The notes beneath the pieces are model-generated. The model made no database searches and had not been told where the DNA came from. It saw nothing but the letters and a program-made list of their open reading frames with translations. This document shows positions 41,108-52,334 of a DNA stretch of 64,000 nucleotides, piece after piece. How positions within the stretch are numbered: the first letter of the stretch is position 1; each line of letters begins with the position of its first letter. The translations under genes and the position numbers were made by a program. Origin of the DNA: Candidatus Latescibacterota bacterium (GTDB lineage Bacteria; Latescibacterota; UBA2968; UBA8231); assembly GCA_965197905.1 (NCBI GenBank), contig CBDAOB010000004.1, positions 544,001-608,000 of the forward strand, given 5' to 3'.

Positions 41108-44100
41108 TCAGGCGGCAATCTTCTTCCTTTGCGCGATGTGTGATCCATTTTCGTAGCGCACATTGGCGTACACGTCAGCCATAAGATGCGGTGCACGGAG
41201 TCGGCGAAATCGTTTCTCGGCCACCATCAGTACCCGCCATATGAGGGCGGTGGCATTGGCCACCTTCTTGTAGCGCTTGGCCGCATTGGTTCGCAGCCGT
41301 ACCGAAGCGAAGGGACTTTCAACGACGTTGGTAGTGCGCAGGTGTTGCCAGTGGGCCTCGGGAAAGTCGTAGAATGCCACCATACGGTCCCAATCGCGCT
41401 CGAGGATATCTACGGCGTCTGGGCATTCGCGGTGGAATCGTTTGGCGAATTGATCGCGGCGTTTGGTCGCGTCTTGACGGGTCGGCGCGTAGGGGATCTG
41501 TGTCAGCAGTTGCCGCGCTTCGGCCTGCACGCGTTTAGGCAGCTTATCCAACACGTTCAGGAGGCGGTGATTCCAGCACCGCTGTTCCGCCGTCTCCGGC
41601 CAGACCTGCGCCAGGGCGGCCCAAATACCCAGGTGCCCATCCGCCACCAACAACTTCGCCGCGCTCAGTCCGCGGTCACGCAAATCGCGCAGCACGCTCG
41701 TCCACGACTCCTTCGATTCGCGATAGCCTGGGACAATCGTCAAGACTTCCTTGCGCCCATCGCTCATGGCGCCGATGACCACCAGGAGAGCGGCCTTTTC
41801 TTTCTCGAGCCCGGCTTTGACGTAGTAGGGTCGGACCGGAGCGCCCTGCGCCACACGCGTGATGTGGGTTTCTCCGGCCCGCCCTCCGAACCGGACGTGC
41901 GCGTTACCACGCATCCGGCTCTCCACAAGGTGCCGTGTGACCGCAGAGTCTCATCCGGTTGTCGCAGGCCAGGGAGAAGGGATCCGCGCCGATCGATAGC
42001 GGTAACGAGTCACTGCTACTTCGCCGACGTTGTAAAGAGCAATCCCGTCCTCGGTGGGCCACCATCCTGGCAGGTAGCGGCGTTTCAGCTTCCTCCAATT
42101 AAAGCGCGGGTGCTTGCGGCGCAGCCAATGCACTACGCGGCGCCAAGTGAAGCCCCGCACGTAGTTGAAAGTGGCCTTCGACACCCCGTACTGAAAGTAG
42201 TTGGCCCACCCCCGCAACACCGGATTGAGTTGGCGCAGAAGGCTCTTCAACGGCCTCTGCCGACCCGTTCTCGTGACTGCGCGCACCGTGCTCTTCAACC
42301 GGGCCAGAGATTCCTTTCTTGGCCACGTATAGATGCGTGCGCCAACCGGGCCCGGTTTCCGTCGCTTCTGAATGCGAAAACCCAGGAAATCGAAGCCACG
42401 GCTGATGTGCGTGATGGCGGTCTTCGTCTCCGACAGGTGCAGACCCATGGGGGTGAGAGTCACCCCCGCTTGGTCGCGCAGGTCATACGCTGCAGCTTCG
42501 GTGCCCGCCACCAGCAGCACGAAATCGTCAGCGTAACGGACAAGCCGACAAGTCGGTAGCCCCTTTCGCCGATGCGCTTGTCGCGCACTGGAGGTAGCGC
42601 CCACCTTTCTCCAGACCTCAGTGAAATAATCGTCGAGGACGGATAAGGCGATATTTGCCACCAGCGGTGAGAGAATACCGCCTTGCGGAGTGCCCGAAGT
42701 GCTTTCTTGCAACACCGATTGTTCCGTGAGGACACCGGCCTTGCAGAACGCTTTTACAAGCCTCAGAACATGCTTATCACCGATACGTCGACGCACGCGG
42801 TCCAAGAGGGCTGCGTGATCAATCTCATCGAAACAAGCACGGATATCGCCCTCCACCACCCACTCATAAGAGCGGGAGCAGAATTGATGAATCTCGGCGA
42901 TGGCGTCCTGAGCCCGCCGATTCGGGCGGAAGCCGTAGGAGCACGGCTTGAAGTCCGCTTCGAAGATCGGTTCGAGCACCAGCTTGAGTGCGGCTTGGAC
43001 CACTCGGTCCCGAGCGGTTGGGATGCCGAGCCGGCGCTTCTTCGTTGTGCCAGGTTTCGGAATCAACCGCTCGCGTACGGGCAGAGGCCGGAAACTGCGG
43101 GTCTTCAGATCAACCCGCACCTCGGCGAGAAAGGCCTCCTCGCCGCGTTCCGTCTCCACAGAGTAGGCCGTTTGTCCGTCCACTCCGGCCGAACGAGCAC
43201 CCTTGTTGCTGCGCACCCGACGCCAGGCTACACTCAAAAACGCCGGGTCACACACCAGGTTGAACAGGTCGTCGAAGCACTTGCTTCGATCCTCTACAGC
43301 CCAACGGTGCAGTTTGGTCTGGATTTCCAGTACTCGATTACGGGCTTGTTCTGCCTCGGGCCACGAAGCGCTGGCATTCACCGGCGTCCTCCTGTTTTTC
43401 CAGTACCCCACTGCGCAACTTGCTGCCTCCCTTCGCCATGTAAGCGGCTTTCCCGCTCGCGGACTACTACAGAGGCTCCGTCCCTTGCCAAGCCCCACAG
43501 CGGACAGCGCGCTGCCCCGATAACGGTCGGACTCGGCTCGGTTCCCACGTTCACCATGAACCGTTTGACGGGGGAGGTGCCCAGCTTTTCCCCTGCAACT
43601 TCGCCTTGGGTACGCCGCAGGCATTCTCCAAGGCCTCTGCTTCGGTGGGTATCACACCTCCCCAGAGTCGCAGTCGGTCATATATCCGACCACGTGCGTT
43701 GCGTACCAACCCTTATCCACCAGGTTTGGGTTGGCGGGCCGCTAAAGGGGGTTCCATCACTGGTTCACTTCGGGTTACACCATTCCGTCTTGCTTGCCAG
43801 ACGTGGAGTGTCTGGAGGTGCCACTCCACTCTGTCGTTGTCGAGGCTGCTTCCACCTTCCCCTGCGCTCCCAGGGTCAGGCTGCCTCCAGCTTCAACGGG
43901 CTGCTGCGACAGCCCGTTGGTGGGTCCTTGCATCCCACCCGGTTCTCTGGCGCCTCGTGGCGCACGATCCCGTCGGCCCAGGCGTACACCAGCTCGCACT
44001 CATCCAGCCGTCGGCTGCGCCAGGCGTGGTATTCGACGATCCACTTATCCCGCAAACGCGCGATTGAGGACGGCGACAGCGGCGCTCCCGCTCCCAGCAG

Positions 44101-44487
44101 GCCGCGCAGCGCCAGCTCGAAGTCACCTTGAGACAGACCGTGCAGATACAGTTCCGGCAACAGCTGACCCACCTCCTTCGTACGCCGCGCAAACAGCGGC
44201 AGAATGGCGCTCTCGAAGCGCTCTTCCAGACCTCGCACGCGTGGACGTTTTACCTCGATCGTGCCCGAGGTACAGGACAGTCGCCGCCGCTTCCCGTAGC
44301 CATTTCGATAGCCGCCGGGTGCGTCCAACGGGGCCTGACGCTGGTAGCGCGACCGCCCCAGCACCTGCGTCACTTCTTCATCCAAAACCGACTGCATCAA
44401 AGACTGAATCTGCGACCGCGTCCACGCTTCCAACGTTTCGAACGTGGGCATGGACATTTCCGCGGTGCTCAGCTTAGGTTGTGGCAT
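41108..44487 (-). CDS. IS256 transposase, two exons (44487-43966 and 41824-41108), 412 aa when spliced
   Basis: YRNGY, WADGI|YVK, VADG, QRCWNH, RTTNVVES motifs; in frame after intron removal. Confidence 0.9.
41825..43965 (-). mobile_element. Group II intron with RT/maturase ORF
   Basis: 5' GTGCG; domain V GAGCCGGATGCGTGGTAACGCGCACGTCCGGTTC; 3' end GACCCTAC. Confidence 0.93.
41951..43381 (-). CDS. ltrA: Group II intron reverse transcriptase/maturase, no endonuclease domain
   Basis: AGVDG, RLGIPT, SYGFRP, GTPQGG, RYADD, LRGWANYF; GTG start after an AGGAGG RBS. Confidence 0.93.
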   Translation of the reverse strand: MNASASWPEAEQARNRVLEIQTKLHRWAVEDRSKCFDDLFNLVCDPAFLSVAWRRVRSNKGARSAGVDGQTAYSVETERGEEAFLAEVRVDLKTRSFRPLPVRERLIPKPGTTKKRRLGIPTARDRVVQAALKLVLEPIFEADFKPCSYGFRPNRRAQDAIAEIHQFCSRSYEWVVEGDIRACFDEIDHAALLDRVRRRIGDKHVLRLVKAFCKAGVLTEQSVLQESTSGTPQGGILSPLVANIALSVLDDYFTEVWRKVGATSSARQAHRRKGLPTCRLVRYADDFVLLVAGTEAAAYDLRDQAGVTLTPMGLHLSETKTAITHISRGFDFLGFRIQKRRKPGPVGARIYTWPRKESLARLKSTVRAVTRTGRQRPLKSLLRQLNPVLRGWANYFQYGVSKATFNYVRGFTWRRVVHWLRRKHPRFNWRKLKRRYLPGWWPTEDGIALYNVGEVAVTRYRYRSARIPSPWPATTG

Positions 44488-45095
44488 GGCGATTCTCCTC
44501 TTCCTGCCGGGACAGCCCCGGCGCGTGTAATGTCTAATTACAAAGGAAGGGTAGGATCGCCTTCTGTGTATTTCCACACCTTTTGATTATAGCTCCCGAA
44601 AGCGGAGGCCTCCAAAGGCAGCGAATCCCCACTCTGACTGAGTCGCAGATTCTGGGGTGTAATCAGATCCTGGCTGATCGGGCCCGTAAACACCACCTGC
44701 ACCCGCTGTCGACCAGACGTTATGGTTGCTTCATCTCCCGGAACGGTGCGGGTGATATCCGGAATGCGTGTGCTGAACTCCCAGGCGAAATCCCCCACGT
44801 CCTGCTGCAGAGGTCCGCCGGCGACGGACGCGATCTGCAAGCGGTAGTTCGTCCCTGCCCGCAGCCCTCCTACGGGGGCGAGCGTCACGGTGTTGGTGTT
44901 GGAATTGTAAGCGGGTCCACCCCCCACGAGGTCGACGGCAATACCCTGCTGCAACATTGAGACGTTGCCCGTCAGAAGTAGGGCAGTTTCATCCAGGGGG
45001 CTGTCGAATACCGCGGTGACCGACATTGAAAGATCTGCGATCGAGGTGTCGCCAGACGCAGGAGCAACACTCGCCAGGGCTGGCACGTCTGTCTG

Positions 45096-46656
45096 GAACT
45101 GCCAGGACACCGGGATGTCGGGACCAAGAGGCCCACTGACTCCAGGGGCGATCTGAATGTTATAGCGACTACCTACCTGCCAACCGCTCGCCGGTGCGAG
45201 TCCGTAGCGCCCCGCTCCCCGGTCTACCGGATCGCCGGACCGCAGCGGCAAATTCACGCCTTCACGCGCGATTATGAAGTTTTCGGCGACCACCTGATCC
45301 GCATCGATCGGCACCGTGAACTGGACCGTAGCTTCGACCTGGCTGACCGCGACGTCGACGGCGTTCGAGTCAGGCTCCACATCGACCACTCGCGGTATGG
45401 CGGTATCGAAACGCCAGGAGATGGACTGACCGAGACCCAGGGGCCCACTCACTCCGGGAGCGATACGTACGCGGTAGGCGCTGCCCGCGTTCCAGCCAGC
45501 TTCGGGCGCAAAAGCGTAGCGAGCGTCCCCCCGATCTACCGGATCTCCGGACCGCAACGGCAGATTCACCCCGTCGCGTGCGATGGTGAAGTTTTCGGCG
45601 ACCACCTGATCCGCATCGATCGGCACCGTGAACTGGACCGTAGCTTCAATCTGGCTGACCGGGACGTCGACAGCGTTCGAATCGGGTTCCACATCGACCA
45701 CTCGCGGTATGGCGGTATCGAAACGCCAGGAGATGGGCTGACCGAGACCCAGGGGCCCACTCACCCCGGGAGCGATGCGCACGCGGTAGGCACTACCCGC
45801 GTTCCAGCCAGCTTCGGGCGCAAAAGCGTAGCGACCGTCCCCCCGGTCTACCGGATCTCCGGACCGTAGCGGCAGGTTCACCCCGTCGCGTGCGATGGTG
45901 AAGTTTTCGGCGACCACCTGATCCGCATCGATCGGCACCGTGAACTGGACCGTAGCTTCAATCTGGCTGACCGGGACGTCGACAGCGTTTGAATCGGGTT
46001 CCACATCGACCACTCGCGGTATGGCGGTATCGAAACGCCAGGAGATGGGCTGACCGAGACCCAGGGGCCCACTCACCCCGGGAGCGATGCGCACGCGGTA
46101 GGCGCTGCCTGCGTTCCAGCCAGCTTCAGGCGCAAAAGCGTAGCGAGCGTCCCCCCGATCTACAGGATCACCGGGCCGCAACGGCAGGTTCACCCCGTCG
46201 CGCGAGATAGTGAAGTTTTCGGCGACCACCTGATCCGCATCGATCGGCACCGTGAACTGGACCGTAGCTTCGACCTGGCTGACCGAGACATCGACGGCGT
46301 TCGAGTCGGGCTCCACATCGACCACTCGAGGTATCGCGGTCTCGAAACGCCAGGAGATGGGCTGGTCTTGTCCCAGGGGCCCACTCACCCCGGGAGCTAT
46401 GCGCACGCGGTAGGCGCTACCCGCGTTCCATCCAGCTTCGGGCGCGAGCCCGTAACGACCGTCCCCCCGGTCTACCGGATCACCGGGACGCAGGGTTAGG
46501 AGCTCGGCGCCGCGCAAGAGTTGGAAGTTGTCCGCTGTCAGCTTGTCTGCATCGATCGGAACGCTGAACAGGACGGATGCCTCGTCCAGATCAACGGTGA
46601 TTCCCTGGGCATCCGCCTCGGGAGTGAGCGAAACCACTCGCGGAACGGCCGTGCTG
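45096..46656 (-). repeat. Tandem 312-bp (104-aa) Ig-domain repeats, about five units
   Basis: GAAACGCCAGGAG recurs at 45408, 45720, 46032 and 46344; central units nearly identical. Confidence 0.92.
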
Positions 46657-49541
46657 AAGCGCAGCGCGTACGGACCATCTCTTTGCGGTCCTCCGATGGC
46701 GCGGGGCAGGCGCACTGTATAGCTGCTTCCAGCGCGCAATCCCCCCTGCGCCTCGATCCGAACCGTCTGGGTTTCGGGGTTGTATTCTAGGGTTTGGATA
46801 GCACGTTGCTCGCCACCTTCCAGAACGGCCACAGCGTCCGCGGTCAACGCGCTGCCGTCGACCGGATTGTCGAACTGAAGAACCAAGGCCGTCGTCGAGG
46901 CCAGCACGGTCGTGTCCCCTTCGGCCGGCACCGATCCGGACAGATTTGGAACGGGTGTCTGGAAGCTCCAGCTGTAGTCGCCCTCCCCCAGTCTCAGGGT
47001 CCCGCCGAGAAGACTCGCCAGCACAACCTGGTAACGCGTTCCGGGTTTCAGACCGTCGACTAGGGCGAAACTGAGGGTATTGTTCTCCGCGCTGAAGACC
47101 GGCGTCTCCAATAATGGCTGCGCTTCGTCCTCGGCCAGGACCTGAACGGCATTCGGATCGGCCGCCAGAAGCCCGGTCAGGATGGGTGTATCGAACGTGG
47201 CCGTCAGCCGGCCGTCCTCCAGGGAGGTTCCAATCTCGTTGTCGGGCGGCACCGTAGACAACAACGCTGGAACGCGGGTGCTGAAGCGTACAATGCTGGC
47301 ATTGTCTGGACGATTCCCCACCAGATCAGCGATGGCCGCCGAAACCTCGACCTCATAGGTCGAACCCGGGAGCAATCCCCCTTCCGGCAGCAGAGTTACC
47401 CTGCGCGCATCCGCATCGTAGGAAGGATCTGTCAGTTGTGCTAGGGGGGAAACCCCCAGGCGGATGACAAAATTGTCGGCCGTGACCCCAAGGGGATCGA
47501 TCGGTTCCGAAAAGGTGAGAGTGACCTGGCTTGTGGTTGCTGGGATCTCGCTGGCTCCATCCGAGGGCTCGCTCGCTATTAATCGCGGCGTCTCCGTGTC
47601 TACCAGGAAAACATCGGTCGAGTCGAACCGGGCCAATGCGTTGAGTCGTCGATCTCGCGCGCCGCTCACCGAAAGTGTCGCGTTTCCTGAAGGATGCGCG
47701 CTGGTGATCGTAAGCTCGCCCGTCCAGGTGTCTGCAGTGAACTGCAACTGCTGGAAAGCGATCACGCTATCTCCGATTGAAGCCGTCACCGCGGGCGGAC
47801 TCGTGGGGTCGAGGCCCGAATGTTCATCTAGAATCTGCAGCGCCAGGGTGAGGGTCTGTCCAATGCCTACCTGGTTCTTACTCAGGTTTACCCCAGCAAT
47901 AGTTGGCGCGATGGTATCGACGATAAAGCTGGCCGGATCGCTCCAGTCGGACCGGGCCCAACCGTCATCCACCGCCTGCACGGACCAGTAGTAGGTTCCG
48001 CTGGGCAACCCGTTCAAGTCCTGGAAGAGATTGTTTCCGGCGGATCCCGGACCGACCGCCTGGTTGCCCGAGAGAACATTGTCGGCGCCGCGGGAGGTTC
48101 CCACACGGACATTGTAGGTGAGGCTCTGTGGCGTCGAGTCGTTGTCGTCCAGTCCCAGCTCCCAGGTCAGACGGACGGTGCTTGCAGAATCGACGGCACC
48201 CACGACTATGGGTACCCGGGGATTGGTGTTGCGATTGAACTGCGATTCCAGGTTGTCGTTGATCGTCGTGCTGGGCGAGAACCCCGCGTCGCGACCGGCG
48301 GAAAAGAGATCCAGATCTCCGTCGCCATCGTGGTCGACCGGTGCGAGCGAGCTGAAATCGACCCCTGTGAGGACAAGGATGTTCTCGATCTCAAATCCTG
48401 AGTCGGTATTTTCGTAGATCTGCAGGAAGGGGGCCTCGCCATTGTTGCCCGCCAACACGAGATCCAGGTCCTGATCGTTGTCGTAATCTCCCCAGACAAT
48501 GTCGCCTCCCCGCATTCCGGTAAGTTGAACACCGTCCAGGAGTGTAAAATCTCCATTGCCGTCGTTGGTGTAGATCTCCGTGGTGACACCGGTCTCGGCA
48601 ATGCCGCCGACAGCGAGGTCCATGTCGCCGTCCCCATCCACATCTCCCCACGCCAGGTCGCTGGACTCCAACGCTGTCAGGGTTTGTTCGACGTTGATCA
48701 ATGACCCGGACTCGTTGCGCGCGAGAATGAAGCGACGGGCGCCGCTGACAGCACTGCCATTTGCGGCCACGTCGAGGTCACCGTCTCCATCCATATCCGC
48801 GAAGGCTACTTCGCCGTTGTTGAGGCCCTCCAAACCAAAGTCGCCGTCTTCGAAATCTCCGAGACCGTCGTTGATCAGTACGCGGGTGTAGGATTGTATC
48901 ACCCCGTCGATGACATCGTCACTCTGCCCCAACACGGCGAGATCCAGATCGCCATCATTGTCCACATCCCCCCAATCCGCCGAGCTTGATGACAGATTTT
49001 GTAGCTCGGAGCCGAGGCTGAGGTTCCATTGGCCGCCGTCCGAATCCGCCAGGTAGAGCGCGCCGCCCCGATTCTCAAAGCTATCCTCGCCTAACACGAC
49101 CAGATCGAGGTCACCATCGTTGTCCGCGTCCCCCCATGCGGCGTCGCCGTTTTGCAGCGGTTGTATATTGGCGTCGTTTGTGATGGAGAGGCCTGAAGTA
49201 GCATTCTCATAGACCAGTGACTGGGCTTCGCCGCTTCGATTTTGACCGGTGATGGCTAAATCCACATCGCCGTCGTTGTCGTAGTCTCCCCAGTCCATTG
49301 CACTCGATTGCAGGGACCGGAGGATTTGATTGGAAGAGACGAACTGCTGGACGTTTAGAATATCCTCCTGCGACCATTCCGAGCGTGCGAGCCCGCCGTC
49401 TATCGTCTGAACGGACCAGAAGTAGGTGTCCCCTGCGCCAGGGGGCGCTGTAGAACCTTGGTGGTCTTGAATCCGGCATTTCCGATTTCCAGCGGAATTT
49501 CGCCCGATACGATGTCGTTGCCGCCGGAAACGGTCCCGATG

Positions 49542-50290
49542 GTAGGGTCGAGAACTGGCGCGCCAGCCTTAGGGTTCGGTGGGTTCCCCATGGCTTTCGC
49601 CATAGCCCTCAGTCCGACTCCCATCGCTACGTTTCCAGTTCCCGCCGCCTCAAACCGGACGTGCGGATCTCCCGCATCCGGCTTCCCGACGAACGTCACA
49701 TCCAGGCACACGCCACAAGGACTTCACCTGGTAGTCAAGCTGCTTCCGATGCATACTAGTCTTACTGCTGGAGGCAATAGGCTCACGCCACTCTCCAACC
49801 CTCTGCACTTCCGCAGCATGTCCGAAGTCAGGCCCCTTCCCTCCACCGGAGTTACCCGGCTTCCTCGGTACTACGCGCCTGTCCGCCACCTCATCCAGCC
49901 CAGTCTGGCCCTCGCGGGTTACCGGTTGGAGGCACTCGCTGCTTCCACCGGATGAGGCTTCCCGTGTTGCGCCACATCTCCTCTTACACACATGCTGTCG
50001 CCACTACCCCGGCGGAACAGCTGGGTGCGCTTGTCGCTCGACTTCCCCAGCTGCAGCGGCCTTCCCTGGTTTACGGGCAGGTCGGCTTCCGCATTACACT
50101 TTTCGAGGCCTGCTCAGCGTTTACTCACGTTACGGCCTGTGTGCTCGCCAAGTCGCCCAAGGCGACCCTCTACACCGGAGGCTTCAGCGGCTTCGTCGCC
50201 TCCACCACTGCTCCGATTGCTACCGGCTGGAGCGACCCTTGCCGGGTGGGATTCGCACCCACTGAAGATGTGCGCCTTAGCACGGCGCAC
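49542..50290 (-). ncRNA. ORF-less group II intron (749 nt)
   Basis: 5' GTGCG; domain V AAGCCGGATGCGGGAGATCCGCACGTCCGGTTT; 3' GACCCTAC; removal restores the host frame. Confidence 0.9.
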
Positions 50291-51788
50291 CGCAAATTGT
50301 ATGTTAGTGTTGAACTCTCGGCGTCATTTCCGGGACCCCAGCTGAACAGCACGCTCTCGCTGGTAACCCTGGCGGAATTTAGCCGTTGCGGTGGCGACGG
50401 CGCCCCGTTGGTGACCGTAGTACCCACGTTCGAGTAGAGCGTGCTGAAGCGCTGACCGTCAGCGTCAACGCCGGCCAGGAGCAAATCTGCCTTGCCGTCC
50501 GCATCGTAATCAGACCAGGCGGTCGCGCCTCCGGCTAGACCCGAAAGATTGGTTTCATCCGACGCACCGGTTACCTGGCCTTCATCGTTGCGAAACACGA
50601 ACGCCTGATACACGGACAGGATTGAGAGGCCCGACGCCGCCAGATCCAGATCACCGTCATTGTCGTAATCGATCCACGCGAGACGCCCAGCAACGCGCCG
50701 AGTGGTTGGCAGCGAAAACGACTCGTCGAGGTTGAATACGCCCGTGGGCCGGTTTCGATAGATCTGGAAAACGGCGTTCCAAGAATTGTCCCGACCCGAT
50801 ATAGCAAGATCGGAGTTTCCGTCGCCGTCATAGTCTCCCCATGCAACCGAGCCACCTTTGACGGGGGTCGAAACGTTTACAGTCGCATCGAGCGTTAGAG
50901 ACCCCACCGGTTCATTCTTGTAAAATTCGGTGACGGAACCAAGGCCACCCGAGGTTGTGACGTTGTTGCCCGATAAAATCAAGTCCAGATCACCATCGTT
51001 GTCGTAATCCCCCCAATCGGCATCGCCATTGTGGACGCTGACCAGATTCTCAGAGTTCACCTGGTCTTGTTCGAGAAGGCCACTGGTATTGGTATAAAGG
51101 CGGGTCAGGGACGTTCCGTTTTCTTCCATCCCCAGCACCAGCAAATCGAGATCGCCATCGTTGTCCGCATCTCCCCACTCAATGGTCGCGTAACGAACTC
51201 CGCGGAGGGTAGGGCTCCCAGTCTCGTCTATCTGTGTTCGATCGACACTCAAGATTCGCTCGCCGGGACCAGACGCTCCGTCTTCGTTCACATAAAGGCG
51301 CAGACTCTCCTCGTTTTGGACGTCCCAGCCCGCGACAGCCAGATCCCGGTCGCCGTCGTTGTCGTAGTCTCCCCACGCCACGTCACCATGATATACACCG
51401 ACCAGCTGAACCTGTGCCAAATCTTGAAAGAGGAGTGACTCGTCGTTGCGGTAGATTCTGGCGATGCGTGCGCATGCACCATTTTCGTCCACGATCTCGC
51501 CGACGATGGCCAGATCCGGATCGCCGTCGTTGTCGTAGTCCGACCATGAAGCCTGCCCGGCCCAAACGCCCGGAAGCGATTGCGGGGTGGACTCGAGGCT
51601 TTGAGAACCGATCGGGACTGCGTAAGCGAGCAACCCGATCAGTAGCGAGCGCAGCAAGATGGACATGGAGTTACTGTTGTGTGTAAAGTTTCGCGCCGAA
51701 TTGGCGAAAAGCAGGGAAGCTTTTCCGTTGCCGTCCCAAGTATAGCTAGGGCGGAATGATAAGCCAAGAATCATTTCCAGGGGCTGAA

Positions 51789-52334
51789 TCATAGCGCTTC
51801 CACGTCGTCCATATCGAGCTCGGCAGACACCGCGGTATTGAGAATCGTCACATTGAGCACGATGCGAAACGATTCCTTGCGTTTGGAGACCTTGCCGGTG
51901 ACGCCGCTCAGCGGCCCCCTGACAACTCGCACATGCCTGCCCCTCTTGAGCAAGGGGTATAGGACCAGATCGGTACCGCTGGAGGTTGCCCGATGTATGT
52001 TCGCCAACTCAGCTAGCAGTCGCCCCTGATCGATGACCTCAATGGTTCGCACCAGGTACCCGCTGCGCAACACGGCGAGCCGTTCCTCCCGGCTGCAGCA
52101 ACCGAACAAATATCCCGGAAGCAACGGGACATCGAAGCTGTATTTCCGCTTGCCGGATTGTCCGCTGCTCTTGCGGAGCGGTAGGTAATGTCTGACGTCC
52201 GCATCGAAGCAAGTGCTGGCCACTTTTTTTTCGCACCTTGGACGGGAGTGGAAGACATACCACTCTCGCTCGCCGTCAGCTGGGGTGAAAAGCCGGGCAA
52301 CAGCATCCTCTGGGGAAAGAGCGGCGTCCGTCAG
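51789..52334 (-). CDS. NusG paralogue (UpxY/RfaH-like antiterminator)
   Basis: WYVFHSRPRCEKKV, PLLPGYLF, KOW motif VRVVRGPLSGVTG; start probably CTG at 52334. Confidence 0.85.
   Translation of the reverse strand: MTDAALSPEDAVARLFTPADGEREWYVFHSRPRCEKKVASTCFDADVRHYLPLRKSSGQSGKRKYSFDVPLLPGYLFGCCSREERLAVLRSGYLVRTIEVIDQGRLLAELANIHRATSSGTDLVLYPLLKRGRHVRVVRGPLSGVTGKVSKRKESFRIVLNVTILNTAVSAELDMDDVEAL

Larger units (their letters stand above)
41079..44595 (-). mobile_element. IS256-family insertion sequence carrying a group II intron
   Basis: Imperfect 25-bp TIRs (GAGCTTGGGTCAAATGGTGTGTAAA vs GAGCTATAATCAAAAGGTGTGGAAA, 19/25); 8-bp TSD CCGAAAGC at 41071-41078 and 44596-44603. Confidence 0.93.
39882..51666 (-). 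pseudogene. Giant secreted FG-GAP plus Big_5 Ig-repeat plus FlgD-type CTD surface protein (~2,500 aa when rejoined), interrupted
   Basis: Segments 51666-50291, 49541-44604 and 41078-39882 join as TYNLR|IGT and ASAFG|YDATT; one further frameshift near 49430. Confidence 0.85.

Noticed and set aside
41951..43381. RT as part of a DGR, retron or defence system
   Set aside because: It has YADD plus a maturase domain and lies within group II intron boundaries; no template/variable repeat pair or retron ncRNA seen
41186..44131. Plus-strand ORFs of 457 and 482 aa
   Set aside because: Antisense to the transposase, RT and intron RNA; no recognisable motifs
45096..46656. CRISPR array
   Set aside because: Repeats are 312-bp in-frame coding units with no unique spacers, and no cas genes are seen in the window
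41825..50290. The nearby RT as the obvious trans-acting maturase of the mini-intron
   Set aside because: The two intron RNAs differ strongly in domains I and VI and look like different lineages; a cognate protein elsewhere is more likely
52224..52231. Frameshift or slippage at the A8 run in the NusG paralogue
   Set aside because: The run reads GAA AAA AAA in frame; the short ORF call comes from start-codon choice
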